From: the human T2T-CHM13v2.0 reference genome, Homo sapiens
Length of the DNA stretch: 64,000 bases
NCBI RefSeq assembly: GCF_009914755.1
Contig: NC_060936.1
Reading direction: 5' to 3' (one strand)
Shown here: positions 29,620 through 44,409 of the stretch, piece after piece
Layout: each line of letters begins with the position of its first letter
Numbering within the stretch: position 1 is the stretch's first letter
Program-made: the position numbers and the translations under genes
The notes under the pieces: generated by a model
Seen by the model: only the letters and a program-made list of their open reading frames with translations
Told to the model about the DNA's origin: nothing
The model's database searches: none

Positions 29620-30036
29620 CATAAGCCACAGAGCCTGTGTGTGCCCTTCCTGGATCTCAGCATTCATTCTCCAGTCCGTTTGTTCATGTAGAGTCCCTGG
29701 TTGTTACTTTTCTCCTTCCATGACGTGCACTGCTCCTGTTGGTAAACTTGCTTGTTTTTCTCTTGTTAATCTGTCTGTTGTTGCAGGAGTCTGTCTCAAC
29801 TACGAATTTATGTGGGTTGAGGAAAATTATAATTTCTCCCCTTCAGTAGGAAGCTCTTATTCTCTCCCTGTCCAAACATACTTGTCCATGTTCAAGATGT
29901 CAGTCACTTTACTGGATTAAAACATGCATTTAATCTTCTTTAAATACATGTGGATTGAATGAGCTGTAATCAAATCCACATGTTGTGGATCCTAAGGTCA
30001 TCCTGATTTTTTTTTTTTCTTTTGAGACAGGGTCTC

Positions 30037-30508
<472 letters not shown>

Positions 30509-31199
30509 TCAGGGTGTCAGTCCCTCGCACAGACTACAGGGAAGCAATGCCATCTTCACCCCTGGAGATGGAGGTGAGAAGAAGCCATCCTCCTGGCTGC
30601 TCCCAGCTGGTAGGAAGCCAGTGCTGATTGGAGGTGGGGCTTTTTGGGACCAGCTCCCACCCCGACCAAAGGGTTTAACTTCTTATGGCTGTCTCTGTGC
30701 AGGTGTGAGCAGCTCCTTGGTGGGGTTGCCTGTGGGGGCCTCTTGGCCACCTGCACCTGCGGCATCAGCTCCTGTGGGATGGGGCCTGTGGCAGCAGCTA
30801 CAGGAAGTGTTAAGTTGGCAGAGCTTGAGGATGCACCCAGCCCAGCCTCTCACCCTTGCGAGGGTCCCAGCTGGCCCTACCTGACCTTGTGCAGCCTGGT
30901 GGCAGGGCGCCACTGCTTGACCCACCCTGATCCACGTTGTCTGCTTCCCACTTCTTACTTCTTGTTGTGTGGGAATCTCTCTTCCTTGGCCCCTGCTGCC
31001 CTCAAGCTGAGAAAGGCTATTGAGAGGAGTGGCACGTAGCCCATGGGCATGTTCTGTTTGAGGATTCTGACCTGACTGAACCCACGAAGAGGATAGCCTC
31101 TCACCAACCATCTTTCAACCTTCCGCTTCCCTTGCTGTCTTGCTCTTCCCTTCCCTTCTCTGGTCTTCTTTTCCTCCTTGCTTCTTGCCTCCTTTAGAA

Positions 31200-34110
31200 G
31201 GCTAAAATTTAATAGACTGACAATACCAAGTGTGAATCAGCTGAAACTTTTGTGGAGTGTAAAATGATTGAGCAACTTTGGAAAACAGTTTGGCAATTTC
31301 TTATGAAGTTAAACATGCACTTATCAAATGATGCAGCAATTCCACTCCTGGGTATTTGCTCAAAAGAAATAAAAGCAGATCTATACAGAGACTTGTACAT
31401 GAATTTTATAGAAGCTTTATTTATAATAGCCCTAAATTGGAAACAACCCAAATGTGTACCAGCAGATGAATGGATAAACAAATTGAGATATAGTCATACA
31501 ATAAAATATAATTCAGCAACAAAAAATAATGAACTAGATTCATTCAGTGGTGATTAGATTGGAGCATACATCTGTCAAAATTTGTTGAACTGTACTTTTA
31601 GAATGTGTGCGCTTTATTGAGATACAATTGTATGCAAATTATATGTCAATTAAGTTGATAAAATAATGATTTAAAATGCATAAGATACTTAGAAATAAAT
31701 CTAACACATATGTGAAAGACTTACACCTAGAGAAATATAAGCGTTACACAAAATGTTATAGGAAAGAAAAGATAAAGAAGACATAATTAAATGAAGAGCT
31801 ATACCATGTTCTTAGATAGGAAGCTTTACTATCATGAATATGTTAATTATCCTTAGAGTGATCTACAGAGTTGACGCAACTACACTCAAATTCCAAATGA
31901 AGATTTACATAATTCTTGACAAGTTGATTCTAAAATTTATGGGGAAGAACAAAGGTCAAGAACAGCTAAGGAATGATGAGAAGGAAGAAATAGGTACTCT
32001 CTCTTTCAGGGATTATAATGTATTATAGAGTTATAGTAATTGAGAAAGTATAGTACCCACACAAAAATAGACAAACTGACCAATGGAACAAAATAGCCCC
32101 TAAATTTATTTATAAATAAGTAAATGATTTTGTTGTAAAATAGAAGTGGTATGGCAGATCAGTAGTGAAAAGGACTATGCATTGGTTAACCACATGTAAA
32201 AAATAAAATTAGATCCCTGTTTTCTCTTATACACAAAATCAGTTTCAAATTAATTTAAATTACAAATGTCAAAAGCAAAACTTTAAGAATTTTAGAAGAA
32301 AATATTGGAGAATATTTTTCTGACCTTGGTGTAGAGAAGGATTTTTAAACATGTCACATAAAATGCTCAACATAAAAGATTGATAAATTAGATTACATTA
32401 AAACTAACAACTTTATTTTTCAAAATAGGTGATAAAGTGAAAAGATAAGCTGTAAACTTGATAATATTTGTGATATATGTAAGTGATATAATAGTAATAC
32501 TCGGAAATATAAAGAACACTTATAATCCTTTAGAATACAGCAAAAACCCAATAGAAAAAAATGGACAAAAGAAAAGGAAATACACATGTAATAGACATTT
32601 AAAGAGATATTAAACTTTAACAGTAATCATGAAAATACAAAGCAAGACCAAAAATGAGATTGCATTATTTAATTGTTGAAAATTAAGACACATTAAAGAG
32701 GATACGAATCTTTTTCACATTGCTGAGCAAAGTGTGAATTGTTATAACAACTTTGGAAAATAATTTTATATTATCTTATAAAGTTAACACCTTTATAAGA
32801 TTCTGACCATCCTATGAGTCAGAAGTTCTGTTTGTAGTTGTATACAAATCCTCACATATGTGCATCGGAGGACATGTAGAAAAATGTTCATGGCACCACC
32901 TTTGTAAGAGAAAGAAACAAAACAAAACAGTAATAGAATTACCTAAAGTGTGGTATAGTTACACAATGGAATACTATAAGAATGGAATATTAATATTATA
33001 ATGGAGGAATACTAGCAACATAATGTTGAATAAAACAAGACCCTGTGTGACACGCTTTTTATAAAAAAAGAACAAAAAAACTGAAACAAATATATATTGA
33101 GGCATATGCATGTATTTGATAAAGCTAAGAAAAAACAAAGGAATTATATCAACTTTAGGGAAGTGGTTACCTCTGGGGTGGTTAGGAGAGGACAGGGTAG
33201 GGAAGGAGCATGGAGCTAAATGTAAATTACTAGTAAGATTTTAGTTTTGGGATCAGTAAGTAGGTTCATGAGTATTTCATTTTCATTATATTATAATAAT
33301 AAAGTAATATGCTAGTTATAAGAAATAAACTTAAAACATGAGGACATAAGTTGAAAGTAAAAGAATGTGTTAAGGTGATTGGTTAGATCAGATTGCTTAC
33401 ACATAGTAGAAGTAAATGATTTTTCCATGAAACTTATTTCAGTAGATGTGGTGTATTTGTACGTAGGTAGTGATTCATGATACAACATATATTTCTTATT
33501 TAGAGTTGAGGTTAAAAAACAGTTTGACAACTAGTACCCCAAAGAACCTCTTGTTGAGGTCCACCAGCAGATATGTACAAGAAAGTTCATGGCAGCATTG
33601 TTTGTTACAACAAAAACAAAAAACACATGTGCTACCTATAGGAAAATAGAGATATATGTATATGTGTGTGTCTATATCTGTATCTATCTATATATATGTA
33701 GTCATACTTTGGAATACTATACAACACTGAGAAATAAAACTACATGCATCAAAAAGATGAATCTCAAAACTAGTATGTTGAGGAGGAAAAAGCAAGTCAT
33801 AGAAATGTACAAGGTGTAATTCTATTTATATAAAACTTAAAGGTAGGCAAAACTCAACACTAGTTTATGGATACACGTATGACATAGCAATAAAGAAAAG
33901 CAAGGGAATGACCAATATAAAAACTCAGGACAGTGGTTACTTTGGGGATCAGATGGGGTTAGAGATGGATCAGCAAAAATCCCGCAGGGGGCTTTGAAGG
34001 TACTGGTGGGTACACAAGGATTTGTTTTATTATTGTTGCTATTGAAATCAATAAATGTAGGTTTTGCATACTCTTTTGCATATATGAGAAATTTATAAAA
34101 CAAAAAGAAA
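31200..34110 (+). mobile_element. Block of old, fragmented L1 (L1M-type) sequence
   Basis: A-rich with decayed ORF2 C-terminal translations (LWKTVWQFLMKLNMHLSNDAAIPLLGI; ILDKLILKF); boundaries approximate. Confidence 0.75.
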
Positions 34111-34635
34111 ATGCTGACCACAGCTTGTGCTCTCTAGCCCCTACTCATTCCTACAGGTTAAAGTCATTGCCCTACCCAAGATTTCCTACCAAGTCTTGGG
34201 ACTGGCATCCCCAGTCCCAATTTCTTGCCCTCCTGTCAATCTTCTGCACTGCTTCTAGACAATCACATCTCATGTCAGGCCACTGTCCTGCTCAGACACC
34301 CTCTGTGGCTCCCCAGTGCCCATCCATAAGCCTAAGCTCCTCAGCTCCACACATTTCCTCCACCTGAGGTAGCCTTCCCCTCCTCCACTTTCCTTTAAGT
34401 TCCACTTCAGCCCAGAAACTTCCATTTTCCCACCTGGGGTCAGAGTATGGCCCTCTTCTACCCTATGCCCCTGAGGCCTCCTGGGCAGAACTCTGTGATT
34501 GTAATGAGATGAGGTCACAGAGCCCCCAGGAAGAAGAGGCCCTAGTCCTCAGTGGCAAGGATTCTGGTAGCTCTTGGGCTGAAGCTGGGCTTTGGTGCTC
34601 AAGAGAGGCTTGGAGGAGACCACAGTTCTTTCTCC

Positions 34636-37600
34636 ATGGTGAGACTCATACACGTGGCTCCCTGGTCACACAGGGATGAGGTGTCTTGGACTTCACCCAG
34701 ATCTGTTGGGCATACAGCTTTTGGGAACAGGAGCAGAAAAGTTGGGGGCAGTGGGAACACAGCAGAAATTGAGATGATGTTTTGAGGTCTGTTCCCCCAC
34801 ACTCCATCTGCCCTAGAAGAAAGTTTGCAATGGGCTGGTGTGAACAGTTCTTGCTCTCTGGGTTGAGGGGGTGTGTATAACCTTGGTGGAGAGCAAAGAG
34901 CATGGGCTTAAAATGTAGTCTGGCTCAACTGTCGGCTGGCAGGGTCACTCACTCCCCTCTTGCACGTGGTGGATGGAATGAGCCCCAGTTTGCCTGAGGA
35001 AAGACAATGGGAAAAGTCACATCCATCTGGCCAACTTCATGGGTGGTTGTGAGGCCCCAGTGAGATCGTGGAGTAAAAGCTTGTGAAAAGCATCAGGCAC
35101 TGTGCAAGTGTGAGTTATTGTTCCCTGGCTATTCGTGTATTGAATGCACATGGGGGCGAGGTGCAAGAAGGGAAGTGGTCCCCTGATTTCATAGACAGCA
35201 CTTCCCATAGCAGCCTTGGGTTTGGGGAAGAAGCTGGAATCTAGATCACTGTCCCTGGTTTCTGATTAATGGCATTCAAATTAAGGACATTTCTTCCTAA
35301 TCCTAGATTTTAAAATGTGTTTTTTAAATTAGGAAATATTGAATTTCATTAATTTTTTTGTACTAATTTAAATGGTTAGATGTTGTAAACTACAATAATC
35401 AGTTTCCTAGAGTTTAACTCTCCCTGTTCCTGGGATAAACCCTATGTGATCTTGGTCCCAAAGCTCCCCTCAACAGATCACTGCCCTGTGTTGCTGCCCT
35501 TCCTGCCTGAGTTCAGGCTTCCTTTGGCATCTTCTGGCCCCATGGGCACAAGGCAAGCTCACTGTGTTCTTTCAACAACCTTTGGAGATAGGAAAAATGA
35601 TCACTCCCATTTCACAGATGGAGAAAGGGATGCCCAGAGAAGCTAGGTGACCACTGGTGACAGCAGGTGGATGGGCAGCCCTGTCTGGCCTCCTCACCTC
35701 CTGACTACAGCTCCCCTCTGCCGTCTGCTCCACAGTGTGAGGAATTAAAGGCAACTGTGCAGAAACACACGCAGAGCCTGAAGCCCAGCAAGGAGGATCT
35801 GAACAGGCTTAATCAGGCCATCCAGTGGCTGACGGTGGAGGTGGGCAGTGCTGAGAGTCAGGTGAGAGGTGGGAGTGGGGGGCAACAGAGTGGCCATGGT
35901 GGGATGGTGACCATTATTTATGACAACTGCCCCTCCCCACCTACCCTTTGGATTAGATGGCTACACTTTCTCTTAGTGAATGTCTAAGCATACAGCAGTG
36001 CAGCTGCATGCATATATCATGCTTACCTCTGCCTAGGACATTGTGTATTTTATGTAAGTAATGAACATGTAGGTAAATCTGTATGAAGATATATGCTTGT
36101 TTGTACATTATTATCTTTTTACTTGTGTATGTTCATTTTTATGTCTGTGTTTTGTTTTTCTCGCTCAGTATTACATTTGAGCCCATCTTCAGAAATTGCA
36201 AGATATTACCTAGAAACCCAGTTTTCTGGGTTCTATTTCAAAATGTGAAGATCTGGCAATGTTAAATTATGATTCTCAAATGGCAACATTTGGCTAGAGG
36301 AGAGAGGCCTCTATCATCTCTCTCTTCTTCACATGCGGTATAGGCTGCCTGGTGTGCCGCAGTCCCCACCACTCCCAATCCCATCCTTTGGATGTGAGGC
36401 AGAGGGTCCCTTGCCATTTATCACTGTCCTGGCTGCAAGTTATTATCCTTGTAGAAGAGAAAAGGTGCTGAGTCAATGTCGCTAGAGAAATGCAAGTCTG
36501 AAAATATAAAAGAGGTGCTGGTGATTTCAGGAAATGGGAGAGGGCAGATGTATTTGTGGAACTGGGTACTCCTGATGTATATTTAGCCTTCACCTTTTGA
36601 TGCTTCCAGCTAGGCCTCTGCAAGCACTTGCATTTGTGAGCCTTAGAAAGGAGCTAGTCCTCCAGGATGTTTTCTTTCTCCCATTCTCTCTTAGCCTCCT
36701 CTCTTAACCCACCCACCTCCCAGCCCTCTCACACCCCCGCTGGCTCAAGTCTCACTCCATGGAGGGAAGGGCTTCTGTTCCCGGTCTTTTCTTGCTTTCT
36801 GCAGATGCAAGTGTCTCAGGCTTGGAAGGGTATTCATGGAGAGAGATCTCCCTTGTACAGGAATGGGTGACTCTGAGAAGGGATAAGCTGCTGAGGTTCT
36901 GAGGGGGCAGAGTGAGTGGGTGGGCCATCATGGTCAGGGTCCCACCAGCCACAGCTGTTCTGGTTCCCCAAGCAGCAAATACACTTCACCAAGGTCTTAT
37001 TATTTTTCCTCCTGAAGAGTATAAACTCTAGGTTCCCGTGAGGAATGGATATTCTTCTTGCTAGTTTTCCTTAGGAAACAATAACCACAGCATTACATGC
37101 CAAAGAGCATTGGATGCTTCTGGGATCCTGGCTCATATTAGGAGTTTCTCCATACTAGACGTAAAAGGCTCTCTCTCAGCCATCCTAGATAGCCGGTTTC
37201 AAATCTTCACCCTGAAGGTAGACAGGTGGGCAGGTTCTTTTCATCTTGCCATACAGACAAACAAACACAAGTTTTGGAACAGGTGTGCTCACTCCTTGCA
37301 ACCATGGACAATCTCCAATCCCTCATTGGCTCTGCAGCCTCAGAGCAAGGTCTGGATCCTTAAGGGGGAAGGAGTGAGGGCCAATAATGTCCTTCTGTCC
37401 TTGGTCTACCCTTCGCTCCCTACGCCCTGTGAACTAGAGGAAGTCAAGGACCCGCCAGCTCTGCAGGAGGAGGGTGGCTCTGGCAGCACCAAGGGCAAGC
37501 TGGCTTGGCTGGAGGCTGCCCTGCAGCGAGCTAAGCAGGATGTGATGTAGCAGCTGTGTGAGTACTGAGAGCTGTGATCGTCAAGTGGGGCCTGGACTTT

Positions 37601-39443
37601 GAGATTGCTGCCTGCCACAAGCTGCTGGAGGGTGAAGAGAGTGGATGATGGGTCAGCTGGGAAGTGCTTCAGATGTGGCTGCAGTGAGGAGTGCAGGGGC
37701 ACAGGGCAGCACCACGCTCATCAGCCAGGGAAGGGTGGAGAGAGATGACCTAGGTATCCAGGAACTCGTTCCTCTAGAGCTAGGTTTCTCTCACCATCTT
37801 ACAGCCCTTTGAACAAAAAGTTCTAGCTGATGTGTACTTTTGGCACCTGGGACGGGGTGACCCATAGTCATCCACCCCAGTATCAGAGACCAGGGGCCGG
37901 TTTGTCCATGGAGACAGCTGCAGGGACCAAGGCCTAGCCAGTGGGAATAAGGTCTCTGTGTGAAGTGCCTTCTTCTCAACTCTGCCCCTCTCCCCAGGCC
38001 TGGGGAAGGTGGGGTTACATGACCAGGTGGGGCTTGGCTTTCAACTCAGTAGACAACAGTAGGAGACAAGGGCTGTCACCAGGCTAGGGGAGGGAGGGGG
38101 AACTGATCACCCATGCCACAGGCATATTGCATTGATCACCTCCTTTAACACCTCACAAAACCCTGGCAGGGAGGTCCTATTATCCCCATTTTACAGATGA
38201 GGGGTAAGTTTCAGAGAGGTTAAGTGACAGCTTTAGGGACACACACTAGTCTTCAGATTATGGAGCTACCTGCTCTGGGGTCTCCTGTAGAGGTTTAAAA
38301 TGTTCCCTCACGGTCTCACCTTCCAAGATCAAGTCAGGCCAAAGAAAGTGTAGTTTTTTTTTTTTTTTTTTTTTGGTCTTCTCTTTCCTCCAAAAAGTCA
38401 TCAACAAAAGTGAGTTATATGAATTTAAGGCAGGAGTGATCAGAGAGCGCCAGGGAGCTTGCAGGGTGGAAGGACTGCTGTCTGGGAGGGTCAGGAGTGT
38501 GTGTCCTGGGGAATGCAGAATACCAAACCTAGTAGACAGATGGACTCACCTGCTTCCTTCTTTCCGCTGGCTTGGTCTGGGATTTGGGGCAAGGAGCATC
38601 AGTAAGTAAACAGTAGGCTGGCATGGTCGGATCTTATCTTATTATCTTATTCTCCTTATTCCCTCCTTCCCCGTCCACACCTTGGCGTGCCTCCTCTTGA
38701 GAAGGCAGAAGGGCTGTGTTTCTGTTCCTGTGTCTGTGACAGCTCCCTCTGTGCCTCTCCTTTTGTCGCGGGCTATTTCTTCTCTCGGGAGTGACTGCGT
38801 TTGCGTGTGTGGGGAAGGGGGTCCTGTGGTCTGTTCTCTGGGGAGAGGTCTGTTTACCTGTTCCTTTCGGGGAGTTTGTACATCTGTCTCCTGGTGGGGA
38901 GGAGGGTCTGTGTATCTGGAGGAGATGTCTGCAAGTCTGTCTTCTGGGGCTTGGGGTGGGGGGAGGAAGGGCTTTCCTCCCTCGGACAGTCGTCCTCCGT
39001 TCAGCCGGGCTCCGCCTGCCTGCTCCAGCCCCGAGCAGGCTCCGGCGCCCTGGAGACGAGCGCCCCTGGCGGCGGCTACGCGCTCTGCGGCTCTCCCGGC
39101 TGTGTCCGTGGGCTTTAGCTACACAGCTCCCGCAGATGTTGAACCCTTCCCGCCTCCCTCCGGAGAAGACAAGGAACCCTCAGCTTCTGCCCTAAAGACT
39201 TAGCCCTCTTGTGTCAGATGCCCCCTCCCATAGAGCTGACCCCACATCATCTTTCCTTTTTGCCTCCCACACCGGGACGTGAGGCGTTGGAGCACAGCTT
39301 ACAGGACTATGACTGACCATCCCCAGTGCAGATGGCCTGGACGCTGGTGCCATTGGGTAGAGGTGGCCAGCTTACCTGGACCAAGAACCCTGACCCTCTG
39401 AACTGTTCCCACCCCTTCTTTCCAGGGACTTCTCTGCAATAAA
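34636..39443 (+). pseudogene. Orphan 3'-half type II keratin remnant (exons 6-9 plus a candidate ATG-ending first exon)
   Basis: ATG|gtgaga at 34636-34644; intact exon 6 homologue 35736-35861 (CEELKATVQKHTQSLKPSKEDLNRLNQAIQWLTVEVGSAESQ); exon 7 homologue about 37424-37643 ([16 protein letters not shown], stops at 37548 and 37566, degenerate GLDFEIAACHKLLEGEE); 32-bp exon 8 homologue 38570-38601|gtaagt; GC-rich tail-like segment about 38990-39120; AATAAA 39438-39443. Confidence 0.72.
39438..39443 (+). terminator. PolyA signal of the orphan keratin remnant
   Basis: AATAAA followed by GT-rich sequence (GTTGTGGAGTGGTCT) about 320 bp after the tail-like segment. Confidence 0.5.
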
Positions 39444-41628
39444 AAGTTGTGGAGTGGTCTGAGCTGCCAGGAGTTTAAACCCGGATTCTCCAGGCCATTC
39501 CCAGAGCACAGACAAACCTGGCTGCGGTGGAGGGGTCAGGGCGAGAACAGTACCAGGAAGCAACCTCCTCCCCTCCTGCTGTGAGGGTCTATGTGACTTA
39601 AGTATATGATGATTCGATATTATAGAACCAGAGTCTTTAGGATGGGGAGCCCGGAGTCCATGGGGAAAGCGAGAGAAAGGGTTCATTCATGCAGAAGAGT
39701 CTAGCCTGGGGCCCATAGCTTCTGGGCAGCAGAGCTGAGAATTCCATTCTCCATCCATCCATTCACTCTACACATACTTACTGAATGGCCTCATAGTGCT
39801 TGGTTCAGGGGACAGGATGGTGAGGAAGACACTCTAGGATTCCTGGAGATGAGGTTCTGGGTAGGGAGGTGGGCCATAGACGAGGAAACCGAGCAGAAAC
39901 AGAAAAGGGTGAGATGGGGATTGGGCCAGTGCCTTCTATCACCCTGATGGGGCATTTGAAGACAGGTGGCCCTTGCAGATGGGGGCTGGAGAGAGATGAA
40001 CACAATTGGGTGGCCCAAGCTTGGGTTCTGGTTTAACACACAATTGGGCCACCGAGTTGTGTTAATATGATCTGGTGGCGGGCAGAGGAACAACACACTA
40101 TGGTGGAGGAAATTGTGGGCTGTGAAATCAGACGGAGGCTCCAGCTCTGTCTCTACTTCAGATCCAGGGTGTAAGTTGGTCCGAGTTTTTACAAGGCATT
40201 GGACTTTGGTGGTCGGAAGATAGAGTGGGGTGGCTAGATAAAGGCTGGATTTCTGGGTTCTTTCCCTGCCACACAGACCCAAGAGAAGCTTCTGTACAGT
40301 GAGCCCACATTCCTTTCTATTGCATGAAATTACATCATCAATGCAACAATAGTTTCTGCTTTCTATGTCCCTGGGTGGGGCTGAAGTGCGTCATTGGCCA
40401 GAGGCTTGGGCTTTACTTTTTAAGGCACTCTAGTGCCAGAGTGTCTGCTGTGTTCTTCTGGGTGCCTGCCCAGAGGACAGGTATCCAAAAGGCCCTCTTC
40501 TTGTGTAAACAGAAAAGTCTCATGCAAGAGGAATGGGACTGAAACTTGGCTAGCCGGATGCCACCCTCCTGAGGGGTAGGGGGCATGACCCCACTGGGCT
40601 CACACATCAGCCCTGGTTGATAAATACTGACCTGCCAACACTCGCAAATGCAAACAAGCTGCCTGAAGATTCTTTCAAGATTCTTTAGTCCAGCTCTGTG
40701 CTCCTTGCATTTTGCTAGGGGATCATGAGATTCTCTGCTATTCAAGCCCAATTTTCTCCAGCTCCTGCTATGATGATCATGTCAACAAGGGAACTTTGTG
40801 GGAATTGTAGGCAGGATCTAGGATGTACATTCTGCAACCTGCGTCACTCAGGACTGTTGCTCACATTTTCCCTTTTCAAATACCGAACCTGGACTTGCCT
40901 GATGTCAATCCAGAAGATCCCCAGGGCTTTGGGGTCAGGTTTGAGTTTCTTCCTGGGCCAGGGCCCTGTGGATCACAAGCAATGTTTGTGGTTTGGAGAC
41001 TAATTCCCTGAGAGGCTCCCCTGGCCATGGGCCACATTCCAGACTGGGGTGGGAGGAAACTGCCCAGTGCATTTATGGAGAGTCATTCCCCAGCCCATTT
41101 ATAAGCTTTGTGAGTCGGGTGGCTTCTGAAGGGAGGAGGGCTGTCCTCAGTTCAGTCATTGCTTCTCAGCAGAAGGGCACTATAAGGTGTGAGTCCTCTG
41201 TTGGCTCTGCATGCCTGCCTCACACTCCGTTGTATTTAAACATGTCAGATGCTAACTTGGCTGTGGTCATGTCTCTATCTGAGCCCCAGGAGGGCAGTGA
41301 AGGTCTCATCCATCCTCAGGGTCTGCCACAGAGTAGATGTGATGGGGTTGAGGCTGCATGGTCCTGGTTGGTGTGTCCTGTCCTGAGATGTATTGGGCCC
41401 TGTTTTTGACCATTGGCATGTGGCATTCTGCATAACCCCTTGGAAGTCTCTTGTGGAGTCTAAATGCAGTCCTTCCTGCTGTGATTTCAGCTGTAAGAGA
41501 TCAACCAGACCAGCCTGGAGTAAGGAAGGAAGGGCCTTGATCCTGTTCCCAGTCTTATTCTTACCTTGTCCAAACTCTTCACCTGTTTCTGGGCCTCAGT
41601 CCTGCCCTCCTCTAGATCTAAATTGTGA

Positions 41629-41956
<328 letters not shown>

Positions 41957-42102
41957 TTTCTTTTTCCTTGTTTTCTTCCCTACTTAGTCCCTCTGAGCCA
42001 AAGGTTAGCTGCAAAATAGAATAGTAACTATCAGAGGGTTGTTTGAGAAAAGATATTGCTGCATGTAAAGTGCTTAAAGCATAGGAAGTTATGTAAGTGT
42101 AA

Positions 42103-42456
<354 letters not shown>

Positions 42457-43034
42457 AAGTTTTGAGCCCCTTTAAAGAAAGCTCTCCAAAGTCCAAGGGT
42501 GGCTGAACTCCATCTGCCCCACCTGGAGTGAGAGTGACCATAGGGCAGGAGGAATAAGTAGGCAAGCCTAGGGGTTAGAGCAAGGGCTCCTTGGCCAGAG
42601 GGCACCTCCCTAGTATGACCCCCAGCAGCATCTGCCCATCACTACGCCCACTTTAGCCCCACTCCCCATCGGTGACCCCTACCTCACCAGCACACATGGG
42701 TCTACCCATGTACCCACACTGCACTCACATCCACATGTACCCACAAATCTCCCTTTTTCAGCACATAGATGCACACATGTCCACCATGTATAATCACACA
42801 TTTAGAAACCCTCACCATCTCTCTCACACACACGTTTCCACACAGGTGCCTGGAATGTGCATGTACCTGGATGCAATCATATTGCTCCACTCGCAGTTAC
42901 CTCTAGGCATTGAGCAATGCAGAATGAATATACAAACAACATGCGCATACACTGCACAGTTGCATGAAACCTGGACTCCCCATTTCCCTCTAGCCCCTAA
43001 TCCTGTCCCACCTCTCCCAAAGAATAACAGAGTT

Positions 43035-43338
<304 letters not shown>

Positions 43339-43347
43339 GAATAATAG

Positions 43348-43699
<352 letters not shown>

Positions 43700-44088
43700 C
43701 CAAACATTGTATTTCATTAGCAGATACACTAAGGCCCAGAGATGGGAGGTGACTTGCTAAAGGTCACACAGTGAGATGTTCCATTTTCTTCACCATTCTG
43801 CACCCGGGGCATTATGTGTTTGATTCCTTCCCGCCTTGCTCCTCTGTCTGAGCCTGTGCAGGAATGGGAACCTAGAGGGAGGTGAGGATTGTGGGGCCGG
43901 AGTAGGAAGGAAGAGAGGGTCAGAGCTAGAGGGAGAGTGAGGGAGTGAAATACGGCAGGTCACTAAGGCCCAGCTAGGCTGAAGTTGGAATAGGTGAGAA
44001 GTCCATCAGGACTGGAGTTGTAGTTGGCTTCTGAACTAGGGAGGGATGGAGCTGGTGCTTGAGTCTCAGGTCTGGACTCCTGACAGGG

Positions 44089-44109
44089 GCTGCTGCTGCT
44101 GCTGCTGCT
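44089..44109 (+). repeat. (GCT)7 trinucleotide repeat at an Alu tail
   Basis: GCTGCTGCTGCTGCTGCTGCT directly visible. Confidence 0.85.
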
Positions 44110-44409
44110 TCTTGTTTTTTTATTTTTTTGAAACAGGGTCTTGCTGTGTCGCCCACGCTGGAGGCAGTGGCACAAACATGGCTCACTGTGCGGCTTCAAC
44201 TTCCTGGGCTCAAGCTGTCCTGCTTCGGCCCCCTAAGTAGCTGGGACTATAGGTGCACACCACGTCGCCCAGCTAATATTTTTATATTTTATAGAGATAG
44301 AGTCTCACTGTATTGTCTGGGCTGATCTCTAACTCTGGGGCTCAAGCCATCTTTTCACCTTGGCCTCCTAAAGTGTTGAGATTATAGGTGTGAGCCACTG
44401 CACCTGGCC
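44110..44409 (-). mobile_element. Alu SINE (old, AluJ-like)
   Basis: Diverged antisense Alu dimer. Confidence 0.88.

Larger units (their letters stand above)
28249..29844 (+). mobile_element. MER34/MER39-like LTR fragmented by Alu, MaLR LTR and MER2 insertions
   Basis: Starts TGAAGGAACCAGAATGTGTCACCTCAAAATATG, resumes after the Alu at GACATAAATAT, ends ...CTCTTGTTAATCTGTCT...TTTCTCCCCTTCA; subfamily from memory. Confidence 0.55.

Noticed and set aside
34261-34320. TCACATCTCA...CAGACACCCTCTGTGG resembling keratin exon 5 (HISDTSV)
   Set aside because: No continuous frame or splice sites; context looks like an L2 fragment
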